A stretch of DNA of 64,000 nt, from the NCBI GenBank assembly GCA_951406725.2, contig OX597817.1, forward strand, positions 65,782,001 through 65,846,000. The letters are read 5' to 3'. Shown here one piece after another: positions 39,593 through 55,199 of the stretch (position 1 is the first letter of the stretch; every line of letters starts with the position of its first letter). The stretch is from Octopus vulgaris. Taxonomy: Eukaryota. A program made the translations under genes and the position numbers. The notes beneath the pieces are model-generated. The model searched no databases, was not told the origin of the DNA, and worked only from the letters and a program-made list of their open reading frames with translations.

Positions 39593-40091
39593 AATTAGGC
39601 ATATGATATTAACTATAATTAATTTTTGGCGACATCATCCTGGGGCGATAAAATAAAGTAGGTGTCAAGTACTGGGATCCACAAAATCGATTGACCCTTA
39701 CAACTGAATCTCCGACCTAATTCCAATCTATAAGAAATAATACTCATTATAATTCGGCGGTGAATTGGTAAGTTAATTAGAGAGTTGGAGAGAATGCTCG
39801 GAAGGATTTGTTCCTATTCTCTGCGCCGAGGTCAAAGTTGCTTTCACCTTTTTCGGAGTCGTTGAATAACGTACCATTCCATCCAGGACATTATGCTGGC
39901 AGAATTCAGAGTTCAAATATTGCCTCGTGGTCACCAGAAGAAACAACAGGTTCCCTGGAACCTAGCACAATTGCTGATACATTTAGGGAGACTTCGAAAA
40001 GGTTCTCAAGTATTTCAGCTTGCGAGTCCCAATGGCAACAAACCAGCTAGCGATGAGAATGCAAGTAGACATTCATGTTCTGTATACACAC

Positions 40092-40225
<134 letters not shown>

Positions 40226-40478
40226 ATTTGGTAGAATCAGTAGCGCGCCGGACAAAAACATCGTTGAAGCATTTTATAAACTTTGAGTGCAAATCTTCAA
40301 AGATTTGATTTTGCTTTTCCTCCTTCTGCAATCGTTAAAATAAAAAGGCAGGTAGATATTAGTGCCGATTAAAGCAGCTGTCTTCGGCCCCACAAAAGTT
40401 TGTGACTTTGTATCTGACAACTTCACAGAATGCTTTGCAAGTAATTAGTCACATCTCTTTACGTTCATCCTCAATTCA

Positions 40479-40920
<442 letters not shown>

Positions 40921-41229
40921 TCTCACATTTTTTAAAACTAACGGAATGTGTGATTGCACATGCGTGTTAATATACATAGACCTACACACGTGTGCGCGCG
41001 CGCACACACATGCATACAGATTAAATAAACAAATATATAAATCGATGGAAATTATCGGTTAATCTGGGCAAAGAGAGAGGGGGAGGAGGCAGAGAACGAG
41101 AGAGTGATAGAGACAAAGAGAGAGGCAATAAAGATAAATTAATTGATTAATAATTAACAATGAATGATGTTAATTGTTACCCACCCTCCATCCACACCCA
41201 CTCCCGAACACCCATTACCAATAAACTTT

Positions 41230-41987
41230 TATTCCACCACTATCCCTACCACCACCAGCACCACCACTACCATCACCACCACTACCATCACCAATAACAA
41301 CAACAGAAGAACCATGACATCCACCACCACTACCACCACTATCTACCTCTTATCACCTTTTCAATCACAACCACCATTTCTACCGCCAACATACCACCGT
41401 CTTTCCCATTAACATCAAAACCACCAACACCACCACCACCACCACCACCACCACCCACCACCACCTCCATCACCACCAATACCACCACCACCACAACAAC
41501 AACAATTTATTGCTTTTCTACTACAATTCCATTTATCATTTCTTCAATAATAACTATCATTACAACCGCCATTACCATCAGCACCACTAGCACCACGACC
41601 AGCAGCAGCACCACCACCACCATCACCACCAGTACCACGACCACGACGACCACGACCACCACCACCACCATCAGTATTATGACCATACAACCTCAACTAT
41701 AACAAACACTATTAATCCCATTACCACACCACCGCCTTCATTTTGACTACTACTACTACTACTACTAATACTAATACTACTACTACTACAACTACTATTA
41801 CTACGACAACGACGACGACGATGACTACTGCTACTACTGCTACTACTACTGCTACTACTACTGCTACTACTACTACTACTACTACTAACACTCAACTAAT
41901 CACTTCATATCACATCATCATCACTGCCATCAATGCCATAGCATCCTCAAAACCGATAAGATCAGCGATAGTAGCAGCAGCAGCAAC

Positions 41988-42064
<77 letters not shown>

Positions 42065-42125
42065 CGGTGGTGAAGATGGCGGTGGTAGTGGTGGTGGTGG
42101 TGGTGGTGGTGGTGGCGGTTGTGGC
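41230..42125. repeat. (ACC)n, (ACT)n and (AGT/GGT)n low-complexity arrays
   Basis: Directly visible. Confidence 0.9.
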
Positions 42126-42524
42126 TGGGGTTAGAGTTATTATGGAAGCAGTGTTGGTGATAGGACGTAGGCGGTGAAGGTAATGCTTCTAAAGATCGTC
42201 TCTGATTATGTAAATGATATTCTGACGTTAATTGAAAAAAATTTAAATACGATTTCTTGCTCACCATTCTCGTCGCTTATCTCCTTGCTCTTCAAAATGC
42301 CTAACTTTTTGGTTTTCCTACTTCGTTTTGTCCCTACCACAACCTTCTGTTTCATTGACTTTGTGCTCTCCACTCTCCAATTCCTAACTATTTTCTTTCT
42401 CCTCAAACTTACTACCTCTTGATCGTCACGTCTCTGCGATTATAATCATGTTCCCTCTAATGTATCTCACCATTCGTTCTTCAATCTTGCCAACATTACT
42501 TTCAACTATCACAATATCACTTTA

Positions 42525-42576
<52 letters not shown>

Positions 42577-42607
42577 TCGTTCTCTCTCTCCATTTCTTTC
42601 TATCTAC

Positions 42608-43615
42608 AATACGACTTCTAACTGCGCTGGTAAATTCAGGCCACTCTTTGATATATATCGATAGGAAGAAGCTTCAGTTGTGGGTTTGCCGTTATCCCCA
42701 GTGATAGCAAACAAATACAAAGGGATATTTGAGGAAATGGCTTTAGGAACATCACTTAAGCCATGTGGCTGAGCTGTGTAGATAACAACTTCATACTCAG
42801 GCCTTACCACAAACAAGCGCGAGTGCTATTGCGCCATATAAACACAATAAGAGCTTCTGTACATTTGACAAGAGAAAAGAATAACTGACCTTTATGAATG
42901 TGCTAATAACTTACTCAGAGTGTTGATTCACGCCATCGCTATTTCACAAGCCCACATTCACCTTTGATTCCGGCCATCTATACAATGCGAAGGCAAGAGT
43001 TGTCTGCACTTACAACACCGAGAAAAACTCTTAAACGGCAACCCAGACACATACTAACAAAAAATGATCCAGACTAGAATCACCTTTAGATTAATAACTC
43101 CCCAACATGCATAATGCCGGCTTCCAAGAGAAGAAATTTAATGGTCGAGAATGTTAGTCAAAATACTGCCACTTGTTGGTCTACCTTCCATTAGAGGTAC
43201 GTAATAAACATTTCAGATCTGTGGTCCATACAACATCAATACAATATTTAAAAGCAAGTTTAACTTTCGGGAACATCTCTCATGAACACAGCCTCCATCT
43301 TGACAAGAACTCTATAAATTCGATCCCATGTATTTGTAGCAGTGAATATGGAGGTGAGACCAGCCACTTTCTGAAAGTAAGGCCAGAGGAACATCGTAAA
43401 GCGATGATCCGTAGAGAGAGGTAAAATCTGACATGGCAGATCATTTGTGGAGCGAAAAAAGGCAGTCACTAACTCTTGTAAAGCAAAGTCAAATTAATAG
43501 ATAGGGAACAACTCTGAAAGATAAGAAGATAAGATAACTGAAAGAATCAGAATATATGCTGGGATGATAATAAGCTTCTTAGTTGGACGGACATAGAGAT
43601 AAACACCATAATTAA
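42608..43615 (+). mobile_element. Decayed Penelope-like element (RT core to GIY-YIG)
   Basis: VGLPLSPVIANKYKGIFEEMALGTSLKP (cf. GSPLSPVIAN.YME.FE..AL); NSIPCICSSEYGGETSHFLKVRPEEHRKA..KSDMADHLW..VKLIDREQ. Confidence 0.85.
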
Positions 43616-43939
43616 AGACGAAACATTAAATCAAAGACCATTAAAAGAAATTAGGTTCAAGGCTCCTAATTACCCCTTCCTAATTACCCGCGCGGGATAA
43701 TGGGATTGTGGATGCAAGCCTTGATTAAACGTAGTAATTTAGCAAAGAGGCATGAGTTCAATCCCTGGGTCAGTCAAGCTATATATGTTCTGGATGAATT
43801 ATATTGAACTAGTGGCATAGCAAGTAGTAGAATAGCTAAGGAGAATATCTTTTGTATGGACAACGGAATGAGAACAATCTATGCCCTGGATTTAATAAAA
43901 GGTTCGGTTCCAAATCCCGAAATCATTATTGAATACGAA

Positions 43940-44460
43940 ATATCAAGAAAATGAAGGGTGACACAACGGCCGAAACGTTGTGTCTATGACAACCAAAATT
44001 CGAGCACTAATCTGAACATTCCAATGGATAGGGGAAATTCATATAGTGCCTGAACATACTCACAAAAAGGAAAACAAATGACTATAAAGCAGGAGGATAA
44101 ATTTTTTTTGAAACGAGCCCTTAAAATTTCATATACGAAAGAAACTTTAAATAGGGAGATCTTAAGAGTTAAACAGACATTAGTTAATAACACATGATTG
44201 AATACACTAATATAACAAATTCACCCACACAAATACAACACCTGATAAAAACACACCAACCACAGACATAGTTTAATGCATGAACCAAATCCAATCAAGT
44301 TATAGACTGAATACGCCACCAAAAACCCATAAAACAGAAAACGTGTGCCAACATTTGACTGAAAAACACTACCGTCCTATATCGTATTCTCCAAAATGCA
44401 ACAGATGCATCACAGATGAAATAAACTATGACAGTAACTAGGAATCAACCGGCCTTATCA
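43940..44460 (+). mobile_element. PLE pLTR remnant followed by a second PLE fragment
   Basis: GACACAACGGCCGAAACGTTGTGTC; FLKRALKISYTKETLNREILRVKQTLVNN resembles the PLE thumb region. Confidence 0.55.
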
Positions 44461-45048
44461 GTTACATTATTCTCATAACCTCTTGCTGCCTACAACAAAA
44501 TGCTGCAACAATCTGCTATTATCATAATATCATACAGAAAATAGAGGTCGTGGAGATTTTGAAACATTAATGGACTTAGGAACGTTATTGACCCATACTT
44601 AAAGAACTAATATGAAAATATTGAAAATCTCTAATACAAAATAGATTAAATTCGAACAGAGCCGCATCTTCAAAATATATGATTGTGTGTGTATGTGTTT
44701 GATTGTCTATCTGTCTGTGTGTGTATGTGTTTGATTGTCTATCTGTCTGTGTGCGTATGTGCATGTATGTGTGTGTGTGCGTGTTTACTCGTGTATGTAA
44801 GTGTTATAAAAACGAACAACGAGAAAGAAGATAAAACTTAATGTGTTAGGTTGACATTCAGAGAAGTAGAAATGTCTTTAATCTTTCAGACGAAAGTCTT
44901 TTATCGAAAAGAGGGTTCGAGAGAAAAGAAGAGAAAAAGAATAGATAAAAGAAAATGTAGAAGAAAAAAAAGAGACGAAAAATAAAGTAAGTGCAGAATC
45001 ACTTAAATGCACCCCTTCCCACACGTATATATATATAGATAGATAGAA

Positions 45049-45150
<102 letters not shown>

Positions 45151-45405
45151 CGTGTTTGCGTACGTGTGTTTGTGTATGTGTGCGCGCGTTCTATCTATAC
45201 CTAGGTTTATTTATCTAAACAATATTAGAATAAAATACGTGCTATTTACATCACAAACACTTGGTAGCTTTTCTCTTTCAAATTAAGCTACCAATCTTTC
45301 TTCATTGTTCAAAGCCGTTGCCTCAACACATCGGATTATTTTTATCTAATTCATTGACGTTTATTCTCGTCAACAGATAAAATCAAAACAGGTTATCCTA
45401 TTGTA

Positions 45406-47404
45406 CAGGAATACCTTTTCTTACCGAGTCCAAATGTTCAATCGTCAGGCAAACGATCGTTAATTGAGAGACTGTTTGACATAGAAATAATGTTAAATAA
45501 TGTTATGTTCCCACTGGTGAGTTTGACATACAGACTTTCCAAATGTTAAATAAAGAACAATAACGCCACAGTATAGTTATAGACAATGATTTAATGTATT
45601 GTACATATCAAATAAATCCTTTAGAAATTATTTTAAAAAAAATAGTATTATTTTTATATTCATCACTCAGTGTTGCTTTGCCGCTCGTTTTGATGTTGCT
45701 TTGAAGATCGTAACTGTAGTCTCATTTTTTAATCATAAATATGATATGAGTTCCTTGCTTTCATAGAAGTCTTTTTCTTTCTTCTTAAATTTCACGAATG
45801 GAAACGAGATTTATAAAAATCTACTGCAACGTTTCTACTTCACTCAAAATTTGAACCCTGGAACTTAAAAATGCAATTACCTTTTGAATATGTGAAAAGG
45901 CTCCGTGTAGCCCTTCAAGAGCGAAAGAATAAAGAGCAGCCACGGGTTTTAGATCTTCAGCGTTTTCATAATGTTCTTTAATTTCAAAGCGGTTTTTGTT
46001 TGCAAGCTCTTGGTCATGTAACTGAAACAGATCATTTCTGTCATTCGTAGAAACATCAAGATGCATCTGATTAACAAATGATCGATTCTGTTTCATTTCG
46101 AACAATCACTATTGGTCCTTCAAATCCCTCAAAATTATCAATAACTTAAGGATGGAATTTATTCTCAAAGTCTTTCATGTTTTTCTCTGTAATTTGTTCC
46201 GGTTCCTTTTATTGTTTTTACTGTACCTCGAACATGACTGATTCTAAAATTCTTTTATGTTGGGCTTCTTTCCTTATCAAAACAGTCATTAACTGATCAA
46301 ATGTGTATCGAAAAGGATATGCCTTAAATGCTGCAATAATGCTTTCGTCCATTAATCTAACATTTAACGATGGTGTTGTAGAGATTGTGGATGACAAGTG
46401 CATTATCTAGGATCAGTAACAAAACAAATGGAAAATTTTTGCCTTCACAATATTTTCTCTTATTTCAGGTACAAAGTGATGCAAAATCTAAGCAGTGTAG
46501 CAGTAACCGAAACATTTTTTTAAAAAATTTACCCTCCACATAGCAGATAATGTAACTTATACGAAGCTTTTAAGTACAGTTAGATTTTCGGCACGGTGTA
46601 CTAGCATGGGTTTAACTTACAATCTCCGCCGTATTACCCTCCAAACAATAACGCTAAGGATAATTGAAATAAAGGGCAAGCAAATTGTCATGTGTAATAA
46701 AATTAAATGGTTTTAAACTTTTATAACTTGTCCATTGCCATTGCAAAGAAATTTATATGGATGCAACTCTATTTTAGCTTCTCTTCAATAAACAGAAGCA
46801 ATCAATTTTACTAACATTTTATTGGGGTGGCCTGGTAGTGACCAACACGAGAACCATTACACTGGCCGATCATTATCTGTCTTAAAATATAACATAGCTG
46901 ATTTTTCTCTTTTTTTTTATTTATAATGTAGCTTCTTGTTGGCATGCGCATACAAAATAAGTGCGTTTTGTCTATATTAATAGTTTGTACGTGTCAGGGG
47001 TTAACCATATTCTTTTACTATTTCTTCTATTTGTTTTTCTTTTTGCTTTTTTGTTTTATTATATTTTTTTCTTTTGCTACAAATTTAGTGCTTTGCACCT
47101 TCTTACACTTTTTCACCATGACAACCATCTCGTTTTAAATCCAGTCGTTGTTTGCAGTTAATTTTTCTTGACAGCCACATTCTTTCTTGTCTTTGCTCAT
47201 CTTTTAAAAAATGGAAAAGGCTTTTGTACATGTAATAGGGATGTTGAGTTCAGACAGTTACCCATGTTGTTAAATGCGAGGAATAAGGCTGACCACTTCT
47301 TTATTAACTACCTTTGTTGAGTTCAATGACTTGACATTTTTATTTTCATTCAGTTACTTTCCTGTATACATTATAACCATAAATACGGTTGAATTACCTC
47401 GCAT

Positions 47405-47437
<33 letters not shown>

Positions 47438-47557
47438 TTGGCGGTTAATTTTTAACGATTTTTCTTCTTTTACTTTATTTATGATCATTGACGATCTCAT
47501 ATTGTATTTCTAAATTTGCTGTTTTCCATTTCTGTAATTATCAATAATATTCGCCTG
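45406..47557 (-). mobile_element. Decayed Tigger/pogo-like DNA transposon
   Basis: Minus-strand LALLFGG..GDCK..PMLVHRAEN and LMDESIIAAFKAY; possible TA-CAGG...CCTG-TA ends (weak, so boundaries uncertain). Confidence 0.65.
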
Positions 47558-47823
47558 TACTATCCTTTTGGCATACTGGAACAGTAAATTGATTCGAAAG
47601 TAGTAAAGTAGTAAAGAGATTGTAAATACTGTTTGTACGCACGATGTCAACATGCAAATTGAATGACAGAATGAACGTACAAACACTCACGCTCATTTTA
47701 TCCGATGCACGTTGCGATATTTGACCTTTTAAAGCAATTATGATGAATTTAGGATTTGTTTTCCACCATTAATTTTAAAATTTTATTTTCATACTTTAAA
47801 AATATTCTCAACGTGTATGTGTG

Positions 47824-47877
<54 letters not shown>

Positions 47878-48454
47878 AGATAGTAAAGCGATATATTGCT
47901 GTATTAGAAAGAATACAGTTCTACATATCCTAGGTATTCAGTAAAAAATTATTTTTTACTTTAGTTCTTTACACACGTTCTTGTACCTACCAACTTATCT
48001 CCATCTCTCTCTCCTTTTCTCTCTCGCTTTCTCTCTCTTCGCATATGTGTATGTGTATGTGCATGTATGTCTGTATATGTTCTGTGGGAATTCAACAATT
48101 CAGTGCCTTTCGGCGTTCAGTGGCTTCACGTAAGACTGGATATTTTCAGACTCATCCTAGATTCCTAAAAGTGAGATGTACCAGACGTGGATGAATCTAT
48201 TGGTACCTGTGGAACAAACGTTTGAGTAGGACACGCGCGCGTGCACACATTAACATAAATATACAATGATAGGAACCTTAGGAAGTTTTGTGTGCGTGCG
48301 CATCTGTGTGAGTACGCGCGCGCCCGTGTATGTGTTTACGTTGGAATCTATTGCTCACTTAATGTGAATACTACATGAAAATTCAAAGGAAACGAGAATA
48401 TGTATCGTAGAGGAGTGGCATATTTAACGAAATTCTACTGTTTTGAAGTTCTAT

Positions 48455-48858
48455 AACAGACATAGTAAAGTGGTTAGGAAGTTCGTTTCGCAACTGCATA
48501 CTTTTGTGTTGCACATTGAGGAAGTATTTCCTACTGTGGCACTGGACTGACCAATGGTTTGTATATAAACCTGATAGACAGGATCTGTGCGCAAGCTCGC
48601 CGAATATATTTGTGTGTAGGTGCTTGCGTGCGTGTGTCTTTGTGTTTGTCTCTTACAGCTTGGCAACAGGTGTTGGTTTGTTTACGTCAACGTAACTCAG
48701 TGTTCCTGCAAAAAAATGTTTGATAGAATAAGTAAACACCAGCCTTAAAATATGTATAAATACTGGCGTCGATTCGATCATTTGAACGCTTCAAAGTGGT
48801 GCTTGCTCCAGCACGGCCGCAGTCCAGTGACTGAAACAAGTAAAAGGAATAAAAGAAT
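48455..48858 (+). mobile_element. Diverged SINE family A
   Basis: 3' end CCAGCACGGCCGCAGTCCAGTGACTGAAACAAGTAAAAG and middle GGTGTTGGTTTGTTTACGTC match the family. Confidence 0.75.
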
Positions 48859-50166
48859 ATTTCAACATGCTGTTAATTAATTTTCAGAAGAATCTTTAAA
48901 ACTAAACGATGAGTTGCATATTTATTTTTAATACATTCATGCAAATGTAAGCGCAAATATGCTAGTCGCTGGTGTATACGTCACAGGAAAACAACTCCCC
49001 ACTTTTATGACGACGGTGTGTTAATGACACACATGACTTATATGAGCAAGGGTCACTGGAACAGCGGTATTTGAACACATATCTTGTCAGCCAGAAGCAC
49101 CCGAACCTTTGGACCTGTACAACTAACTGATTTTGTTTATAATTTCAGGAAATGAAACTGTCTTTCCTGATCAGAGAAACCGATAAAAAAATCGCTTTTA
49201 AGACTAGTTACATACTATATAAAATCTATTGAAGTACTATTTATTGAAAGACTTTAATGAATGCAATTGCCAACGAATATTTTTACAGTACTACAACGAA
49301 GTCGTAAACGTGCAAGAATAAATTTAACTTTTCGAAGTCGTACTTGTTTGGCAAAGGATTTGATCTAAAACTGTGTATTGAAACTCAAGCACTGACAGCC
49401 TGAAAGACGTTCTTTTATCCATTCAAAAACACACAGAAACCATTAGCTTCACTTAGTCATTTATTACCTGTCTTCCAAATGTTTGTCCCACTTTCTTTGA
49501 CTTGATACTTGATTCAGCTCACCTGCAACTAGTTTGAAACTTCACTGCTGGTCAGTGTATGTAGACCTCAGGGTTTTACATTTCAAATTTGACCAAAAAT
49601 TCCTTAGTTCTTGTCTGTGTGCATCAGTTATTCAAGTTGTCATCACATGATGCTCATTGTAGGCCAGTTATTTTGGCTTTTGGTTGGAATTTATGGTAAT
49701 TTTTGCTCTCTCTATCTCTTTCTCTCTCTTTCTTTCTCTCTTTCCCTCTCTCGCTCTCAATTCCCCCTTCTCTCTTTCTCTCTCTTTCTCTCATCCTTTC
49801 TTCTCTCTCACCAAATTCTATCTTGCATGCTGCGTTATATATCAAATCGCTTAATGCAGAATTCACGAGCTTTTATGTACAGAATAAAGTCTCATTCATA
49901 CATATAGAATTTCTTTAACATTCACTTGTGAGAAGTAGGAAAATAATAATGATAACAATAATAAAAAAAATAAATGTTTCTGAGAAATATTTAGCAGCAG
50001 ACGACTACAGTTATTATTGTTTGCCGTTATCACAATAGCAGCAACAAAACCTTGTCTCTGTATTGGAAGATTGAATTTTTGTTAGGTTCAGTGATGTGAA
50101 AAATCATCTAAATGCATACACATACATACAAAAGACGTTAACGTACACAGATGGGTGTGCATGTGC

Positions 50167-50248
<82 letters not shown>

Positions 50249-50459
50249 GTTTGTATGTTTGTATACATAATGTAATATAATGTCATATCATTGTATTACT
50301 TTCTATTATATTACATTATACTATGTAGATGTATATATGTATCTCTCTTTCATCTCTATGCCTTCACTCACATCCACACTTATACATACACACGCGCTCA
50401 CAAGCGCATACACGCACGCAAACACGTGCTGGCTTTAGTGTGAGTGTAGATAATATGCG

Positions 50460-50493
50460 CGTGTGCAGTACATATATATATATATATATATAT

Positions 50494-50540
<47 letters not shown>

Positions 50541-50571
50541 TATATATACACATACACACATATATATATAT

Positions 50572-50616
<45 letters not shown>

Positions 50617-50675
50617 TATATTATATAAATATATGTATATACATGCACATATATACGTATGCATATACATATACT

Positions 50676-50727
<52 letters not shown>

Positions 50728-50740
50728 CTTATACATACGA
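50460..50740. repeat. TA/CA-rich microsatellite tract
   Basis: Directly visible. Confidence 0.9.
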
Positions 50741-51210
50741 ACGCGCGATAGTAAGGACATATATCAATACGTATTTATGAATTTGTCTACGTACATGTTA
50801 GCATGTGTGAGTGGGTGTGTATATTTGTGTCTGTGTGGGTGTGTTTGCGTCAGTGTGGTGTTGACTTGGTACATTTTTTTTGTTTTTTTCGCCCAGAGTT
50901 TTTTCTCTTTGTGTAGATAGAAGTTATTGACTTCTTTCTGTCTGAATGTATCATAAATCATATTTATATATATATTGGTTAAATTTATACGTTTTATATA
51001 TGAACGTCATAATGTACGTATGGAATCTAATACCAACGAAAAGGCTACGAGTGTGGGGTAGCGTATAGAAACAGATAGAGACATACACAATACACATAAG
51101 TACATACATCTATGTCTGTGTTGGTGATACATATATTTATGTGTATGTGTATGTATGTATATATATGTATGTATGTATATATGTATATATATGTAGATAG
51201 ATATATATAC

Positions 51211-51260
<50 letters not shown>

Positions 51261-51359
51261 TCAAGTAGTACGCTTCTGGTAATGGCATATAACCAGTCAG
51301 AGTTACATCTGGTTTCGGGTCTATTATTACATTCGGAAACAGTCCACGCACGCGAGCGA

Positions 51360-51411
<52 letters not shown>

Positions 51412-51571
51412 GATCACACATACTGCATTGTCAGTATTTATAAATATTTTGATTAAAACATTACTCCACCTAAATTCTTTTCCTGTCATCATTGAATTTT
51501 AAAACGCCCCAAGGGGGACCTTTCACTTTCTAATTGTGAGGTTATTCTTAGATAACTGGATTTTTTCCGAA

Positions 51572-52844
51572 GAAGTTGTTCCGAAAATAATGGCCGTTCT
51601 AAGTGTTGTGTTTTGGAACGCAATTTTATCATAGCATTTTAATTAGATTTTAGGTGGCTTTCGACATACTTAATAATTGATGTATGTTCTTCAATAATTT
51701 TCTACTTATTTCAGACAGAACATATTTTTGAAGCACAGGCGCCCTTAATTATGAACATGACAAAAAAGCCCTTCGCTTACATTTCTTGCATAAGTTCAAG
51801 CTCGGGCACAATGCCTCCCAAATTGCTGCCAATATCAGCAGAGCATGGGGAGAGGGGTCCATAAGTGATCACACAGTACGAAAGTGGTGTCAGAAATTCC
51901 ATAGTGGTGATGAGAGCCTTGAAGATGAAGAAGGTAGAGGACGGTCTTGCAGTCTTGATAATGAACAATTGAAAGCAATTGCTGAACAAAACCCACGTCA
52001 ATGTGTCGGAAAAATGTCTCAAGCATTTGGTGTCGGTGTTGCAACGGTCTCACACAATCTGTAGAAGATTGGTAAGGTGAAAAAGCTCGATAAGTGGGTA
52101 CTGCATGAGCTCAATGGAAATCAAAAAGTTCGGCGTTTTGAAGTGTGCTCGATGCTCTTTCTGCGAAATACCAATGATCCTTTTCTTAACCGAATAATCA
52201 CTTGTGATGAAAAGTAGATCCTTTATGATAACAGTAAATGATTAGGTCGATGGCTCGATTGTGATGAGTCCCCCAAACATTTCCTAAAGCCAAACTTGCA
52301 CCAGCAAAAGATTATGGTGACTGTCTGGTGGTCTGCAATGGATGCTGTCCATTGCAGCTTTCTGGAAGCCAAACAGAGCATTACAGCAGAGTTTTACTGC
52401 AATCAACTCGCTGAAATGCATGCTCACTTTAAAAATGAAACCTACATTGGTGAATCGGCGTGGCCCAATTCTGCCCCACGGTAATGAAAAGCCACATGTA
52501 GCAAGAATGATGCTGAAGAAACTCACAGACTTGGGATGCGGGACTTTACCACATCCTCCATATTCTCCTGATCTTTCACCCAGTGACTACCATTTCTTAA
52601 AGCATTTAAACACGTTTTTAAGTGATAAAACTTTCAGATCCAAACGAGAGGTGGAATCAACTTTCAAATATTTCTTAGCATCAAAGCCAATAAGTTTTCA
52701 TCAATGTGGCATAAATAATCTCGTTGATCGATAGCAGAGATGCATGTTCACGGCCCATACTTTGACTAATCAAAATATTTCTATTGTTAATTTTTCCAGA
52801 ATAAAATTGTTTCTGAAATCGGCGATTATTTTTGGAACAACCTA

Positions 52845-52846
<2 letters not shown>
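51572..52846 (+). mobile_element. Full-length defective mariner (DD34D, Hsmar1/cecropia-like)
   Basis: TIRs GTTGTTCCGAAAATAATGGCCG / CGGCGATTATTTTTGGAACAAC; FKLGHNASQIAANISRAWGEG, KWVLHEL, RIITCDEK, HPPYSPDLSPSDYHFLKHL; several stops and frameshifts. Confidence 0.93.
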
Positions 52847-52885
<39 letters not shown>

Positions 52886-53889
52886 GAGAGAGAGATACAT
52901 ACATATGTAAGCTGGTAGTTTCGCATACACATTCACCAACACACACACATACACATAACAAATGCAACAGTTTGCGCATACACGCACTGGCTTTTAGTCT
53001 TTAACCATCCTTGTTATGTTTCGCATTTTTGAAACCCTCACATTTACTCTCTTTCCATTCTACTTGTCACTCGATTTCTTGACCTTACCAACTCAATTAC
53101 CAATTAGTCCCACTCACGCAGCCATTTATATATTCTTCCTTTTGCCTTTGCAAGCGTCTCGATAAAGAACACTTTTGTTCTTCACCCTCTCTTCCGTCAA
53201 ACATTTCTCATCGTTCCCGTAAGCGCATTTAGTTTTCTACTTACCTACACTTGAAAAAAAATCTTCTTGGATCTACGGTCATTGAACATGATCTTGGACT
53301 TTTACCGTCTCGAATATTTTGTTCTCTGATTTAATCTTATTCTTCTTCGATCTTTTTTTGCTATCACATGTCCACAGAAATACTCTTTTCCATCATACCA
53401 CGCTATAACACTATACAGGCACGCAAACAAAAATAACATCGTACACACGAATAACATTGCACACGCGTGCAACTCTCCATACCAATCTACATCACTCCTT
53501 CGACACCTTTACCAGGCACATACTCACAAAGTTTCACACTAAGCCTTTATAATACTGACAACGATTCCATACGCCCATCACCAAAAGCCTCCAAATTCAC
53601 ACATTTATATACATCTATACTCATACGTACAGCCACACAGCCAAACGCATACGCCAAAATCATCCTCCGTTTGCCCACTGCTAGGTGCATACATATACCT
53701 CACCTCCCTTCTTAACTCTCAGCCATACATGTTTCTAATTTTGTTCGTGAAGAAGCGCCTAATTCCGAAAAATCAAGACGTTTCTTATTGTTTCAAGCAC
53801 TTAATTCAAGCGTTAAGCTAATCTCACATTCTTCTTACCTTCCAAGTTGCTTTTTTAGTAGTTTTTGATTTTACATTATATTTCACACA

Positions 53890-54111
53890 CATGTGGAAGT
53901 AAAGCTGTAAGGCTTTACTTCCACGCACGCCAGCTTAATTCAATTCGTCCTTAGTCGTAAGACACCTGTTTTTATGTCCTGTAATTTGTATTTGTGTAAC
54001 TTTCTCCGTTTTTCCCGTCCTTGTTTTCTTTTTACCGTCTACCTGGATGCTTTGTTGTCCCTTTTTGTATCACCTATCTGTCTGATTGTTTTGCGTTCTT
54101 GTCCCATTTTG

Positions 54112-54112
<1 letters not shown>
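53890..54112 (+). mobile_element. PLE-type pLTR-like repeat related to 21475-22548
   Basis: TAGTCGTAAGACACC and CGTTCTTGTCCCA..TTGTA are reverse complements of segments at 21779-21794 and 21490-21512; 13-bp hairpin at 53893-53924. Confidence 0.55.
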
Positions 54113-54207
<95 letters not shown>

Positions 54208-54699
54208 AATATTACGTTTCTAAATATCTCAGAGAGATATAAGTAGTAGTGGTACGATAGAGTAGTTGTATACTGTCAACTTAATGTGACAGTCCCATGA
54301 AGGGAATCACATAACTGCTATTTAGCCCTAGGAAGCATCAATGCTTCCTGTCGGCCTTGACACATTTCCTGTGTCCTTTCCTTTCTTTCGTTTTTTTTTC
54401 TCTAACTGATACTGATACAACTTTACGTCCCCCTTACTTAAGCTTTACTCAGTAAATGGGAAACGCTACATCGATGATTTTAACTTGCATGCGAGATAGA
54501 TTGCGTGCATATATGTATACATGCATTTGTGTGTATATTTTAGATTTATATTTATACGTCTGTATATGTATGGCGTTTGCACGCATCCTTCTATGTATGT
54601 TGATATATATATGTACACTTTAATATAAATATGTATTGCAGTGTAATATTTATAATAAGTTTTAATTTCTATGCATTAATTATACTTTCTTCATTAACG

Positions 54700-55058
54700 T
54701 CAATATGTATTTTATTCAATGTAAGGTTTTTTCCTCGAATTTTATAATTTTTATAATTTTTTATATATATATACATATATTTTTGAGCTTTTTTTGTTTA
54801 TCGCTCGAAGATTGACCGTTATTTCTAAAGGGCCAATCAAACAAGTCCATTTTTTTAAAGGTGTAGCGTTTGTAAGAGTCTAGATTGAATTGATATATCG
54901 GTTCCATTCTAGCAAAAACTGTCTGATGAACGGCAACGAAAAACTCAGAGTAACAGATTTTGTTGAATTTTCTGCTGCTTTAAATAAAGCATATTACTCT
55001 ACCACTGGTATTTGAGTACTCTTTTTTCCACCTTGTTTCACATTTATGTGTTTACTCC

Positions 55059-55060
<2 letters not shown>
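54700..55060 (+). mobile_element. PLE-like terminal repeat with a degenerate type I hammerhead motif
   Basis: CTGT-CTGATGA-ACGGCAAC-GAAAAA-CTCAGAG-TA-ACAG at 54919-54956, then AATAAA. Confidence 0.55.
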
Positions 55061-55113
<53 letters not shown>

Positions 55114-55199
55114 CTATGTAACCTGGGAGTAGATTTCTGAAACTTCGGCTACCATGACTAGACTTGGAATGAATACTGGAGTAGCTTCCCATTGCCGTC

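Noticed and set aside
39880-40070. Possible RTE LINE 3' coding remnant (PRGHQKK..DTFRETSK..WQQ)
   Set aside because: Similarity is too weak to call by eye.
51750-52740. Functional SETMAR or domesticated transposase
   Set aside because: Multiple stops and frameshifts, second catalytic Asp lost (LPHGN), TIRs still present and no SET domain.
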